From Octopus vulgaris (Eukaryota): a DNA stretch of 64,000 nt. The DNA lies in contig OX597834.1 in NCBI GenBank assembly GCA_951406725.2, positions 24,056,001-24,120,000 of the forward strand. The letters are read 5' to 3'. The position numbers were made by a program, and so were the translations under genes. This document shows, one piece after another, positions 1-14,249 of this stretch. Each line of letters starts with the position of its first letter. Positions within the stretch are counted from its first letter, which is position 1. The notes below the pieces were generated by a model that had not been told where the DNA came from, ran no database searches, and saw nothing but the letters and a program-made list of their open reading frames with translations.

Positions 1-1201
1 AGAGAGTACTGTTTCTACTGTGGATTTTCACCTATTGTGGTGGGTTTCGGGACATAACACCCACGATAGTCAAAGGATTACTGCATTTACCCCCAGAGAA
101 TTAATCCCTGACATTTACCACAACACCACCAACCAACAGCAGTGTTGCTATATAGTTATATGCCCTGCAAGAAACAACAGTTAAATCTCCCTCAAATCAA
201 AAGCAACAGTCTTAGAAAAGGAGATATTGGATAACATGCATCCTAGTCTCCATGCTTACAGAAAATAGATGGAATGGTCATGGTTGGAAATCATTTTTCT
301 TTTTTTGTTTTTTGTTTCAGGTCTATTTGATCGGTGCTAACTTGGGACTACACAACCACAAAAACAAAAGTTGTCAGTCACACACATATCTTCCTCTCAC
401 TACAGAATACAATATCACTGGTGGCTACTTTTAGATGCAACACCATCAATGGTTGCTTGACCTGCAAGAAACAACAGTTGAGTCTCCCTCAAAAAAAAAG
501 AGGGAATGTAATGCAATGTAGCCACATAATCTCTATGACTGAAATGTCTTTAAACGCATCTGAACTAAGACCTACCAACAACAATAGCCCTTAGACCCTT
601 CTTTGTTTCAGCTGCTGGGCTTGGAAAGAAGTGGGAATACGAATGGCCTTTGAAGGCCCTCTTTGACATTTGAGATTGACATCATTAATGCTCTTGTTGA
701 GCCATTACATACCAATACCTGCAGGAGAGATATGAGCAGTGGAATAGAGGAATTTCAGAGGGATAACACTCAAGGAAAGGACTGCAAGGGATACAAGATG
801 ATGATGATGGGTGGATACAAGAAGGGTGATAAAATGAGAAGAGATGAATGGGTCAAGAATATCTGTGGAGGTGGTCATAATTCCAATCAACTCTGAGGAG
901 AAAAAGCCATAACTGTTGTATGAAAGGCAGAGAGAAGAGAGTGTACCTGTGGGTCAAAATCTGTTTATGAAGGACTTTATGCCAAATGAATGTCTGGTGG
1001 CCCTTTTCCAAGTGCAATCTTGTATGTCTGTGAGTACAGCAGCAACAACCCAGTCCCAGATGTGAGAGCAATGCTTCATTGTGGGCCTTATTTATATTTC
1101 ACGGCTACACATGTCAACTTCAGACATTTGAACCAGTAAAATATCCAGGTCAAGAGATGATAGATGCAGAAATAGCTGCCCTAGCATTCAGCTGGTACTT
1201 A

Positions 1202-2098
1202 CAGAGTGTTCAGGCTAAATTTAACAGTTTGCATAAAAGGAAAAGAAAACACAATATCCCATCCAAAAATATTTTAAAATCTCAAAATATATCAGCTAAA
1301 TTATGGCTGGGATATAACAGTTTATTCTAAATAGTCCACCTCAGTTTCCACTACAGCCTCAAGACAGCTCTGGAACCTGGCACATGAATTCCTCATTGTT
1401 TCCTAGGAAGATCTTCAAACACCCCCTTGATTTTGGCTACTAGCTCAGTTTTGATGTTGCAGGCAGAGCATTTGGTATCCTTTTCAACTACACACCACAC
1501 ATAGTACCCCATCGGGTGTACAACTGTGGGAATTAGGAGGCCAGAAATTGGGGCTGGTGAAGTCATAGAAATTCTCCAACAATCACTTCTGACTCTTTCT
1601 GGAAGTATGACAAAGAGCCAAATCCTGCTGCCACAACTATAGCTTTCCAACAGCAACCATCTCTGGCCATAGATTGACCACAGTCTTCAGCAGCTTCACA
1701 TGGCTGTCTGAATTGAGCCTAAGGCCCTATTCAAAAGATTTGGGGGTGGATTCCAGCAAACACAGTCAGAAAGCCTGCTGTGTCCTTTCCTGCAGGCCAC
1801 AACTTTGTAGTCTCTATTCCAGCCGTCCCTGTTGCACCTTTCACCCATTACAATGTTCGCAGAGCACTAAACTACAGTCATGATGCTGGCATTTTGATAT
1901 CTGGTGCAAATCATTATGATACTGATAAGAATTTTCCAGTATTCTGATGGCTCCCAGTCTTCTATGTGGGTTTTTTCTTAACTACAACTTTAATCTTCAT
2001 GCTTTCCAACACTGTTGACAGTTCAGCAATACCTCAAACTGTTCCCTGCAAAAAAGAAGACATTAAAAAAAATCATAAAACTTAGCCTGAACACCTGG
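1202..2098 (-). mobile_element. Degenerate Tc1/mariner DNA transposon (internally deleted)
   Basis: Inverted termini cagagtgttcaggctaa (1202) and ttagcctgaacacctgg (2098), each flanked by TA. Minus-strand transposase C-terminal remnant (FWPPNS...MGYYVWCVVEKDT...IKTELVAKIKGVFEDLP) with frameshifts. Confidence 0.75.
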
Positions 2099-3326
2099 TA
2101 TATATGGCTAAGCAGATTGGAGCAATGTGAAATAAAGTACCTCACTTAAGGACACAACACATTACCTAGTCCAGGAACCCATAACCTATTTTCTTGAGCC
2201 AGGTACCTAAGCCTATTACTACTCTTTGATAAGGGGTTGGTGATAGGGAGTCACAACCCATTTGTGTATTATTCCATTTTTGGCATGTTAGTCAACAAAA
2301 TCGAAAAGTACTCTCAACCTCACTATATCACAGTGTACTGAGCTATCTTGTCCCAACATATGCCAAATGAGTCCTCTTTGTTGTTGTTGCCTTTTCATTC
2401 AAGGCAAGTGTGGCCAGAATAAGAGAGAGAAGGTGAGAAAATGAGGTATGCAGCTACATGAGGGATGTTAGTAAGGAGGTTGAATAGAAAACAGTGTGAA
2501 TGGCATGATGGAGGAAGAGGAAGTGAGAGACAAGGAGAAAGTAGGAGCAACAGAGAGTGAAATATATGAACAAAGAGTGATACAGGGAGTAATGTAAGGG
2601 AGGGAGGGAGAAGGATTAAAAGATGGCAAAGAAGAGTGTTGGATGCTTGTTCTCCGAAGAACAGCCATGAGGCATGTCAAGACATTCACTCTACTTTGTG
2701 AGTGTGTGTGTGTGTGCGCACATGCATGCGTGTATTTGCCAAGGTGAAATAGAGAAGTAGTTAGGGTATTGGTCCCAAGATCATAAACTGGCAGGTTCAA
2801 TTCCTAGACTGGATACCACATTGTGTCCTTATGCAGGGCACTTTATTTCATGTTGCTTCAGTCTACTCAGACAAAAATGAATACTAGCCAAATACTGGTG
2901 CAAGCCTCTTACCCTTCAGCTATCACATCCTTGATGTTCCACCAAGTCAAAGTCATGCTCACTTCCAAGTGATGGCAATGGATATATATTTCCTCTATTT
3001 ACCTTCCAGCTTCCTCTCTGCTTGTAGGTGGGTACTCTTAAGACCATCCAGACAATTACTATACATGTACAGTTAAATTTTGCTTTAACATTTACATTTT
3101 GGAATGTTCTGAGTGAGAAAGATATGTGTATCATATACATTCAAAATATCAACATTTGGTTTTCTCTCTTATTTACACACAAACACACATAGATATAGTT
3201 GCAAGAAACATCTCTTGGATGTTAATACATATCAATAATATTCTTGAAGGCTATAAGGGGTTTTGGGTGTTTCAACATTAGAGTCCCTGGCCTGGTTGAC
3301 TCATACAACAAAGTGTGTGTGTGAAA

Positions 3327-3640
3327 TCATCATCATCATCGTTTAACGTCTGCTTTCCATGCTAGCATGGGTTGGACGATTCTGACTGAGACTGGCGAAC
3401 CAGATGGCTGCACCAGGATCCAATCTTGATTTGGCAGAGTTTCTACAGCTGGATGCCCTTCCTAATGCCAACCACTCCGAGAGTGTAGTGGATGCTTTTT
3501 ACGTGCCACCAGCACAGGGGCCAGTCAGGCGGTACTGGCAACGACCTCGCTCGAATCCTTTTACACATGCCCCCAGCACAGGTGCCAGTAAGGCGACTTT
3601 GGAAACAATCACGCTTGAATGGCGCCCTAATGTGTACTGC
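3327..3640 (-). mobile_element. RTE-type LINE 3' UTR fragment with (ATG)n tail
   Basis: (CAT)n followed by gtttaacgtc..ccatgctagcatgggttggacg..ctggatgcccttcctaa. Same 3' UTR as the ORF-bearing RTE end at 61650-62339. Confidence 0.7.
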
Positions 3641-3741
3641 AAGATGTTTTCTTTATCAAATGTACAATAATTTTGGCCTGCACTATAGAATGCCTTTTCC
3701 ACCAACTGTTTTCCATTTTTATATGTTCAGGATTTAATCTA

Positions 3742-4024
3742 TATTTCTTTATTGCCCACAAGGGGCTAAACATAGAGGGGACAAACAAGGACAGACAAAC
3801 GGATTAAGTCGATTACATTGACCCCAGTGTGAAACTGTTACTTTATTTATCGACCCCGAAAGGATGAAAGGCAAGTGCGAAACTGTTACTTTATTTATTG
3901 ACCCCGAAAGGATGAAAAGCAAAGTCAACCTTGGCGGAATTTGAACTCAGAACGTAACGACAGATGAAATACGGCTACGTATTACGCCCGGCATGCTAAC
4001 GTTTCTGCCAGCTCGCTGCCTTAA
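3742..4024 (-). mobile_element. tRNA-derived SINE family B with internal duplication
   Basis: Head ggcagcgagctggcagaaacgttagc on minus strand and core gcctttcatcctttcggggtcgataaa. 16-bp TSD TTCAGGATTTAATCTA (3726-3741, 4025-4040). About 48 bp of the core is tandemly duplicated. Confidence 0.85.
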
Positions 4025-4033
4025 TTCAGGATT

Positions 4034-4612
4034 TAATCTAATTTTAACATCACTGATAGTAAAGGAGTTCAAAGCAGAAATCTGTTTCTGTGTGATGCCA
4101 TGGGATTTGATGGATCCCAATGCAGCTAATAATGTTGCCAAGAAGGAAATGGAGTATGACAAATTACAATATGAGTGAGGAAGATATTATGGCTGAAGGA
4201 CAAGAAGACTTCCTTCCGATCTACCTTCCCCTTTCTGAGTCTTGGCTTTCCTTTGCTTAGGTTCCTCTATTGCTCTCCCTCTCACCTTCATTCTTTAATA
4301 CATCAAGGTGCAAATTGGTGTTGATTCTCACTGCACTCACATTGCTTCAGCATTGTTTTGGTGCATCACTAATGATACTCAATATTTGGTTGTGTCACCA
4401 GACATCCAAGAGAAAACTTACGTTGACAGAACATGAACTATAACCTCTGTATCAATGACAAACAACTGGGTCAGTCCAGTAACCTCTAATATTGACTGCA
4501 CATAGAAACACCTTTCTTTACAGCTCTGGGATCCAACAGATCCCATAGCATCACATAGAAACAGACTTCTACTTTAAACTCCTTTACTATCAGTGATGTT
4601 AAAATTAGATTA
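4034..4612. mobile_element. MITE/fold-back element with ~90 bp terminal inverted repeats
   Basis: taatctaattttaacatcactgatagtaaaggagtt... (4034) is inverted at ...aactcctttactatcagtgatgttaaaattagatta (4612). Confidence 0.7.
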
Positions 4613-4620
4613 CAGTAGTA

Positions 4621-4908
4621 GTGGAGGCACATGGCCTAGTGGTTAGAGCAGCGGACTCATGGGTTCGAGTCTCAGACTGGGCGATGTGTGTGTTTATGAG
4701 CAAAAACACCTAAGCTCCACGCGTCTCCGGCAGAAGGTAATGGCGAACTTCTGCTGACTCTTTTGCCACAACTTTCTCTCACTCTTTCCTTCTGCATCTT
4801 GCAGCTCACCTGCGACGGACCGGCGTCCCGTCCGGGTGGGGAACCTATACGCCAAGAAACCGGGAAACTGGCCCTTATGAGCCAGGCATGGCTCGAGAAG
4901 GAACAAAC
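4621..4908 (+). mobile_element. tRNA-derived SINE family C (tail type 1)
   Basis: A box tggcctagtgg and B box ggttcgagtc. 12-bp TSD ATTACAGTAGTA (4609-4620, 4909-4920). Confidence 0.85.
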
Positions 4909-5010
4909 ATTACAGTAGTACTACCCAGCCCCATCCTTGTATTGTATAGCAAAACACTAAACCACACTTGAAAGAACTTACTAACACACTTTCCCATTTC
5001 TCCACTCCTA

Positions 5011-5417
5011 CTCTTTACTCTTTTACTCGTTTCAGTCATTTGACTGCGGCCGTGCTGGAGCACAGCCTTTTAGTCGAGCAAATCGACCCCGGGACTTATT
5101 CTTTGTAAGCCCAGTACTTATTCTATCGGTCTCTTTTGCCGAACCGCTAAGTAACGGGGACGTAAACACACCAGCATCGGTTGTCAAGCAATGCTAGGGG
5201 GACAAACACAGACACACAAACACATACACACACACACACATATATATATATATACAACAGGCTTCTTTCAGTTTCCGTCTACCAAATCCACTCACAAGGC
5301 ATTGGTCGGCCCGGGGCTATAGCAGAAGACACTTGCCCAAGATGCCACGCAGCGGGACTGAACCCGGAACCATGTGGTTGGTTAGCAAGCTACTTACCAC
5401 ACAGCCACTCCTGCGCC
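5011..5417 (-). mobile_element. tRNA-derived SINE family A, full length
   Basis: Head ggcgcaggagtggctgtgtggtaag, B box ggttcagtccc, CORE-like ttgggcaagtgtc, central (TA)/(TG) tract and (AGTAAAAG)n tail. More than 10 copies in the window. Confidence 0.85.
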
Positions 5418-6359
5418 TAATATTTTCATGCATTTGGGGTGGTTATAAAAGCCTTCACAAAAGCCAGATTGGTAGCACCACATTATAAAATTTCCTTATC
5501 AGACCATAGTTGTCAATGGAAGCTAGCCTGTATCTTTAACTTGACCCACACCTACAATATCTCTTGATGACCGCATAGATACGTCCAAGGCCCTTAACTA
5601 CATTCACCCTGATTTCAGCAATCAGTTCCCTTTCAATTTCTAAATAATTTCTGTATTATGGGCAGATTGCCACTGTTTTTTCTAGTTTTAGCCTCTACAT
5701 GCAGCTGCCAAGCCTAAAATAACCAGCTTCACAAAGAGTTTTTCTTATTCTTTATTTCCACTATGGCAGTAGTCTCATCTATAAAAAGCACAGAGTGGTA
5801 GCAGTATCAGATATTGCCTGATCTTTATTCCCTCCAAGTAACCTCTTGCACCTTTCAATATCAAGTCCATAGCCATCACAAAGAGGAGAGGAAAAATGGT
5901 GAACTCTAACAGGAATCAAACTATTAGCTGGTCATAAATGCTTTGATGATAAGCCCCATGAATACTGACCCAATACAAGTTCTGACACACACTAGGTTTA
6001 CAATAAATCAATGAATAAATCCAATGTTTTGTACATCACTGTATAGGAAACTGGTCCATAAGCAGTTGCCAGGTTAAACCAAACGACTCAAAGAATGAAG
6101 AAAACTGCAAATCATCTGGGCATGCTCAAAGCGAGCTGAGAATCCAATGACATCAGCTGAATGAGTTGATTCAGCTCTACAGGCCATGACATCCTTCAAA
6201 ACTATTACCCTCTAAACTGAGGCCATAGAGCAGCTGGACCTGGCCATCCGAAGAGGCCTTCTTCTGCTTAAGTATCCAAAGACTCTCTTGCCAATCGTGC
6301 AGTATGCCTTTTTTCTTTCAAAATACTCTTTTATATATTCATACACACACACACACATA

Positions 6360-6582
6360 TTGGCAGATACGTTACCGCGCCGGGCGAAATGCTTAGCGGT
6401 ATTTCGTCCGTCGTTACGTTCTGAGTTCAAATTCCGCAGAGGTCAACTTTGCCTTTCAACCTTTCGGGGTCGATAAATAAAGTACCAGTTTTGCACTAGG
6501 GGCGATATAATCGACTCAATCCCTTCGTCTGTCCTTGTTTGTCCCCTCTATGTTTAGCCCCTTGTGGGCAGTAAAGAAATAT
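6360..6582 (+). mobile_element. SINE family B
   Basis: tggcaga..gagttcaaattcc..gcctttcaacctttcggggtcgataaa..cttgtgggcagtaaagaaata. Confidence 0.8.
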
Positions 6583-6837
6583 ATATAGGCACACACACAC
6601 AGAAGAAGGAAGAACGAACTGACAAGTGGCGTGAAGTCAGATACTACAGTAATTTTTACTGACAGTAACTTCAAAGTCTCAACTGTGGCTGGCCTTGACA
6701 TACTGCAAAGGCCAACCACTGCAGAAACTTTGAAATCACTTGTCAATAAAATTAATACATACACCAATACAAAAGACATTCATATTTCCAGTAGCGATTT
6801 TGGAAGGAAAACTTAACAATTCGGCGGTGGGGATGTA

Positions 6838-7193
6838 GGCAGACAGATGGATAGACAGACAGGCAGACAGTGTGACAGAGACAGACGGAGAGATAGTGAT
6901 AGATGTAGATAGTCAGACAGATAGATACATGCATAGACAGACAGACAGGCAGACAAAAAACAGACTGACAGACAGACAAACCAACAGACAGATGGTAGAC
7001 AGACAGACAAAGATAGAGACAGGCCGACATATAGTTGATACAGAGACAGAAAGATAGCTAGACAGATTGACAAACAGAGAGACATAAGATACACATTGAT
7101 TGCTAACAAGACAGATGGATAGACAGACGAATAGCCAAATGGAGAGATAGAAAGATAGCAGACAGTGAGACAGATAGACAGAGACAAATATAC

Positions 7194-7244
<51 letters not shown>

Positions 7245-7318
7245 GACACAATCGGGTAGAGATAGACAGATATTGGATACATAGACAGACAGACACAGTC
7301 GTGTAGAGATAGACAGAC

Positions 7319-7383
<65 letters not shown>

Positions 7384-7465
7384 CACAGTCGTGTAGACAG
7401 ATACACAGATGGATAGGTAGAGGGATAGATGGACAGATAGACTGAAAGATGGACAGATAGATAGA
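6838..7465. repeat. (GATA)n/(GACA)n compound microsatellite
   Basis: Directly visible tetranucleotide repeats. Confidence 0.9.
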
Positions 7466-7899
7466 TTATATTATATTATTATTATAGATGGTCAAAGCGA
7501 GAGAAAGAGATTTTAGTATAATGTTCATCACATATATGTAATGAGTATGAATGCATGAATACTTCTATGAATGTGATAGGTATAAATATATGCGCGTGAG
7601 AGAATATGTCATATATATATATATATATATATATATGAGAAAGCGAGAGAGAGTATATATATATATACTAGCATGTAATTACGTCTACGGTTGATATGTA
7701 ATTAGTATTAGTATACATGCACGCGAGTATATATCAATGTCTATACTGTGTGTGTATATATATATATATAATGTATATATATACACACACATACATACGT
7801 ACACAAGCCATTACCAAATTTTACATTTATTCATAGCCAAATCGTTCCTCAAAACGTGTGTTTGGGATTTATAATGAAGTGGACGATAAAATGTGGCTT

Positions 7900-9060
7900 A
7901 CCTTGTTAAAGGGCGATTGGTGAGAGTAGAACAAAGAGGGTGAGGAAATAAAGGGCTATCGATGGAGTAAGGGATCATAATGGAGAAAGAAGGAAGGGGT
8001 CAGTGTGAAGAATGGATTGTTAGACAGGACGACAGTAGAGGATTATATATGGAAAAGGATGGAAAGATAGAGGGAATGAAAGCATGGAAGGAGAAGAAGA
8101 GAAGCATGTGAAAGAGAAACTAAAGACTGAATGAGAGAATAAAAGAGATTGAACGAAATGGATAAAGGAAGGAGAGGATGTGTGGAGTAGTGTTAAACTG
8201 AGGGCAAGAGGGAAAAGGAAGGCTCAGGAGGTGAGAAAGAAATATCCACTGGAATGGTATAAATCGCTGCAGACATTCATAGGTTTTGTAGAAGGGAGCT
8301 GAGATGATACAGACACGAATATTGAGGTTAATAAAGAGATCAATGGGGGTAGCAATAGTAATAGCGAGGAGAAGAAGGGGAGGAGAAGAGAAACAGAGAA
8401 AAGGTAGGTGATAGTAGAAGAGGGGGGAAAAAGTTTAAGATGAGAGAAAAGATAGAGGGTAGAGGATGAGAGTCAGTGAGTGGAGGGGTGAGGTTAATCG
8501 AAAGGGTAAGAGAAAGAGAGGAGTGCGATAAACATATACTGAGAGAGAGGGAAGAAAAGACGAACACGGACTCAGGCAATGAGGGAGGAAGAGGGGGGAA
8601 AAGACAGAAAGATAATGAGAAACACGGAGAGAAAGATACTGAGAGAAACAGAGAGAGAGAGGGAGAGAAAGACTGACAAAAAATAAGATATATTCTCATT
8701 GAAAGAAAAACACATACACTGAGAGATAAAAAGAGGAAGATAAACACACACACACACACGCCGAGAGAGAGATGACGAAGAAAAAGTGAAAGATTCTAAG
8801 AAAGAAAAGAGATGAATATTGATAAGGAAGAAGGAAGCTGAATTAATAGTAAAAAGTGAAAGTGGAAAGAGAAGACTGCGCCTTGTAAAAATTTTCTTAT
8901 AATTCCATTCAAACCTTGGGTAATGAATCCGAGGAATTAAACCTAGCACTGAATGAAGAAAAAAGACAGAAGGAAGAAAAGAAGGAGTTGATGAGAGAGG
9001 AGATATGGATGATGATGGCTATAAGAAGGCTGTGGAATGGATAGAGAGAGGGAAAGAAAT
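7900..9060 (+). repeat. Purine-rich (GA) low-complexity tract
   Basis: Strong G+A bias on the plus strand over about 1.1 kb. Confidence 0.7.
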
Positions 9061-9467
9061 TTGGTGAAGGATTAATACTTTAACAGTATGTGTTTGTGCG
9101 TGTGTATAAATATGTATATGCATGACATGCATTATACATATAGGCATAACTACAGATGCGTACCCCACCGACTTTGTTGCCTCATAACTTCCAGAGAAAT
9201 GGATACTTTTTAACGAAACTTTCAACAAATGATCGCTTAGATCCTGTAGATTGAGTGTATGTAAAGAATTGTTGGGAAAATGTTTCCCGAGGAGTTTCGG
9301 AAAATTCACACTACCCATTTTTCCCCCTCAGGAAAATTGGTAACTTTTTAATGAAATTTTATACAAAAACCTTTCAAACGGCGTAGATTACAGTTAAAAA
9401 GAAATTTGTAGGCAAAATTTATGGAAGCAGACGAGAAGGGGTCTGGAAAACGGATCAGACGGCCCAT

Positions 9468-10532
9468 ATAAGTTGGAATTTCTATTTTGACGGAGATTTT
9501 TTTTCCAATTTTTTTTCAGCAGTCTTCAGAATAATGGGAGGTATCTTTTTAAGAAAAAAGCGAAAAATTTTGAAAATCCATAATTTTTTTTTTTTTTCAC
9601 TCTCACCACCCGTCCCGGACCGATTTCGGCTTTTTTTTTTTTTTTTTTTCACTACGCACTTAAAACCCGTGAGAGAAACATTTTCGGTTTTAAAAAAAAA
9701 TTGTTAATAATTTCAGAGGAAAATGTGTGATTTAAGGGAGATCTAGCTGTTGTTTCTAACACGTCCCAGGACCTCCTCGTTTTCTTTCTCACTCTCACAT
9801 CTAATAGTGTTTTCCAATTTTTTTCTCCGCATAAACACATCTTATGGAATAATGATGTCCAAAAAATGGTAATTTAAATTTTTTACTCGCACCCCAACCG
9901 AGCGGGGCCGTCCGTGTACGTGTCTGTGTAAGAAAAAAACAATTTTTGTTAGAAGATTATGCTATCAAAATAAATCATCTTTTACATACCTCTTATTAAA
10001 ATCACTCTGGACAAATCCCAGCAATAATCTTCTCAGGTTTTCCAAAATTTTAGAATTATATAAGCAGAAACAATCGGAGGCAGGGAGTGGGGCTAAAAAT
10101 AAATCATAAATTTTCAAATTTTTCTGTTTTTTTATAGCGTAAATGTGTTTATGGGGAAAGATATTGAAAAACATCAATACATATTTGAATAAGGAAAAAC
10201 AAACAGGGAGCATAGTCTTGCGATGTGCTAGAAACAACAGCCAAATCTCCCTTAAATCACACTTTCCTTCTGAAAAGTTTTGATTTTTTTTTTTTTTTTA
10301 ATTGAAAAGGTTTCTCCCATGTTTTTTAAATGCGTAGTGAAAAGAAAGTAGAAAATTGGCCAAAATCGGTCCAGACTGATGTGGTGAAGGAGTGGAGGGA
10401 CTAAAAAAAAAAATCATAAATTTTCAAAATTTTTTCTGTTTTTCGTAAAAAGTTTCTTCCCATCATTCCAAAGACGGCGCTGAGAAAAAAAGTTGGAAAA
10501 ATCCCTGTCAAAACGGAGAAATTCCAACTTAT
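9468..10532. mobile_element. Diverged fold-back element with ~430 bp inverted arms
   Basis: 9468-~9900 aligns in inverted orientation with ~10075-10532 (shared blocks ataagttggaatttct, ttcactacgca, gtgtgatttaagggagat). Confidence 0.65.
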
Positions 10533-10615
10533 GTTTATGCCGGGTATATACATCTGTAGTCATGCCGTGCCTGTATAGTAGACTTTGTGTACTTGGGGTA
10601 GAGTAGATTGTCTGT

Positions 10616-10826
10616 GAGCTGGTAGAATCGTTAGCACGCCGGGCGAAATGCTTAACAGTATTTCGTCTGCGGTTACGTTCTGAGTTCAAATTCCGCCGAG
10701 GTCGACTTTGCCTTTCATCCTTTCGGGGTCGATTAAATAGGTACCAGTTACGCACTGGGGTCAATATAATTGATTTAATCCCTTTGTCCCCTCTGTGTTT
10801 AGCCCCTTGTGGGTAGTAATGAAATA
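10616..10826 (+). mobile_element. SINE family B
   Basis: gagctggtagaatcgttagcacgccgggcg...gtcgactttgcctttcatcc. Confidence 0.8.
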
Positions 10827-11429
10827 GTAAATTGTCTGTGACGATGTAGTGTGTGGGTTAATGGTGCGAGGTATTTGAGAGTAAACGTTAAAGACGGATA
10901 AACTTATTTGCGCCTGCTGTGGAAAACCTTGAATTTTTACAGTCGTTTACTCCGAATTTCACAAAATATTATGCCTCATGTACACTTTATTCATATTAAC
11001 AAACACGAGCGCGCATATACACACACACATGTTCCCCAGAGTTGATTCTTCAACGTTCTGTACGAAACTGAGTAACGGACCAGAGCAATCTCTGCTCGAA
11101 AATAACTGTTTATATTCTATATTGAGTACTTAGGCGCGTGTGTGTGTGTGTGTATGTGTGCGCGCGCCAATACATATGTGTGAACGTATGAAGGAAGACA
11201 CGAGACAGACCCATAAAGTAAACAAATGTATATATATATATATACAACATTATACAACATTACTCTTTTATGTACACTTTTTTATGTACATTCCTTTATG
11301 TACACTGATTTGTTCTGCTTTTTATATTTAACCCTACAGTCTCTTATGTGGTGATTCAATAAAGTATGTGATTGAGTATTATCTGATAATTGATATTTGA
11401 TTTAGATGTATTTCTCCATTTTCTTATCT

Positions 11430-11484
<55 letters not shown>

Positions 11485-11698
11485 AATAACAAAGGGTAAA
11501 ATTAATTAATTAAGAAGTAATCAATAATTTCACCAAATAGAATTCGGCATGAAAAAAGGACCATTTCACGGTAAACTTATGTAATACTTAATACTTAGGG
11601 TTCAGCAAAGATTTGCTTTACCACATACCGAAGTTTAGAAATAGCAGCCAAAAAACCTTAGCTATTTCTTCTAAGAAATAGCTTAGGTTTTTGGGCTG

Positions 11699-11746
<48 letters not shown>

Positions 11747-11960
11747 ACATAGTTAGACACCTACCTAGCTATATACAGGTCGATATATAGATAGATTGGT
11801 TAAGTGATATTTTTTTTTTGTACCAGAGAGAGAACGGTTCATAGCGAAAGAGAGGTTAACACACACACATATTGCAGGAGAGACAGACATTGGTGGGGAA
11901 AGAGGAACTGAAGACCACGAAACGGTCAAAGAAGGTGAGGGCCAGACAGAAACCACAAAG

Positions 11961-11983
11961 GATAGACAGACAGACAGACAGAC

Positions 11984-12038
<55 letters not shown>

Positions 12039-12111
12039 TAGATAGATAGATAGATAGATATACAGGCAGACAGACAGACAGATAGATAGATATACAGGCA
12101 GACAGACAGAC

Positions 12112-12166
<55 letters not shown>

Positions 12167-12243
12167 CAGACAGATAGATAGACAGACAGACAGATAGATA
12201 GATCGATAGACAGACAGACAGATAGGTAGGTAGGTAGGTAGAT
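11961..12243. repeat. (GATA)n/(GACA)n microsatellite
   Basis: Directly visible. Confidence 0.9.
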
Positions 12244-12843
12244 GTGAGCGCACACACACATAACTGCGAGAATAGCAAATAAATGGTAAGAGAAGCTAGC
12301 AATCAGAGATGTTGATGATGCTGAGGATGTTAGTATATGTAGTGCAGAATGGTACGGTAAGGAGGAGGGAGAGAGAAGCAGTGGACTTAACAACCAAATT
12401 GTTTTATCAGCACAATGGCCTGCCTAAACGGTCATTTCAACTGATTCCTGAACGCAGCTGACTCACCACACATCTCTTTCTTTCACCAGCTTCTCTGCAC
12501 TGTTCATGTTATATTTTTTTTTGTACCAGAGAGAGAGAACGACACAGACAGACTCTCTCCCCCCTCTCTCTCTCTTACACACATATACACACACGTGTGT
12601 ATGTATTTCTAGATAGGATTGATTATATGGAGGAGAAATGCATCCCTCACTCGTAGAGAACAGTACAAAAAGAGGTGTGCTGTACTCCAAGTTACACCTG
12701 GCCCCTCCAACTTAACATTGACCTCAACAGTCTGTGACAAGTTCAACACATCAAGCAAGGGCTAGGACTGACAGTCAGCAACAACATCTACAGATCAAGA
12801 AGATTGTCATCATTGGGTTCACTGGATAAGAAATATATGTGCA

Positions 12844-13095
12844 CTAGCACTATGACCCGGCAACGCCGGGTCACAGTGCAAGTGCATGCATATACAGCTG
12901 CGTGCGTGTGCACATACACGCGAGTACTGTCCAAATCTCTGACCAATCACATACAGCTAGCTGGCATTCAATTGGCGTATCAAGTTTCGGGCATTTTGAT
13001 TGGGTTTTGGATAGAAAATTCACAAAAAAGTCACTTCTATTGATTTTTTAATGGCTTTGCGGGGTGAATGGGGAAATGTAAAGATGTTTCTTTTC
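12844..13095 (-). mobile_element. Helitron-type element 3' end
   Basis: Minus strand reads hairpin tgacccggc-gtt-gccgggtca, then tagtg, then CTAG-T. The 5' boundary is uncertain. Confidence 0.6.
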
Positions 13096-13132
13096 AGATA
13101 TCATCAGAAAAAGGTAATTAAAATTCATTAAA

Positions 13133-13470
13133 ATGACAGATCTATCGAACTTTCAAAGAGGTCAAATTGTTGGTGCTCGTATGACAGGCGCTAGCATAAT
13201 GAAAATAGCCAAAATGTTTGGTGTATCAAGAAGTACTGTCTCGAAAGTAAAGACAGCCTTTGAGACAGAGGCAAAAACCCCGGAAGAAAACCAAAACTTT
13301 CAGATAGGGACCATCGAACTCTTATGTGAATTATTAGAAAGGATCACAAAAATACAGCTCCCAAAATTACTGCAGAGCTTAATGACCACCCCGAGAACCA
13401 AGTTTCCATGAAAACTGTTTGCTGGGAGCTGCACAAAGCTGGATTTCACAGGAGGGCTGCAATCAGAAAA
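13133..13470 (+). pseudogene. Tc1-like transposase N-terminal (HTH) remnant
   Basis: MTDLSNFQRGQIVGARMTGASIMKIAKMFGVSRSTVSKV..., continuing after a frameshift as KITAELNDHPENQVSMKTVCWELHKAGF. Confidence 0.8.
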
Positions 13471-13504
13471 AATTTTCATTGCGTCTTGCAACCTTTTTAA
13501 TGAC

Positions 13505-13596
13505 TATGTTATGGGGATGTAAACACACCAGCATCGGTTGTCAAGCGATGTTGGGGGTGGTAGTCAAACAAAGACACACAAACACATACATGCACA

Positions 13597-13646
<50 letters not shown>

Positions 13647-13804
13647 CGATGGGCTTCTTTCAGTTTTTGTCTACCAAATCCACTCACAAGGTTTTGGTTA
13701 GCCCAAGGCTATAGTAGAAGACACTTGCCCAAGATGCCATGCAGTGGGACTGAACCCGGAACCATGTGGTTCGTAAGCAAGCTACTTACCACACAGCCAC
13801 TCCT
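13505..13804 (-). mobile_element. SINE family A (partial)
   Basis: Head and central region match the other family A copies. Confidence 0.8.
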
Positions 13805-14249
13805 ATATATGTATATATATATTACTATAAATTCTTCATACTACATGCATTATATGCGCTACCAATAGTTTCACGTACATAAGTACGTTCATCAGGCACT
13901 GATTGAACTATGCAACCAGGATGTTTACATTTAAATAGAGGATAGGTGTGAAGCGATATAAAAGCAAAATGTATCTAATGGAAGATTCCACCAAGATGGG
14001 TGAATGAATAATTAAAAAAAAAAAAAAAAAAAATTTAATATATTTTAATATTTTAATAAATATTATGGACTGTATACTTAATATAATATACATGTCTGAA
14101 TAGGTCAAGAGCAGATTTCTTCACTCAGCTGGGTCTAATTGTCTACATACACTGTAAGAATATCATTTGGCCAGTACTTATGCACCCTCTCTCTCTCTCT
14201 CTCTTTCGGAGAGGCACAAGCACCTACACGCACATATACACACACGGCA

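Noticed and set aside
6813-7406. YLSI-repeat ORFs (also 11765-12393)
   Set aside because: Artefacts of (GATA)n repeats.
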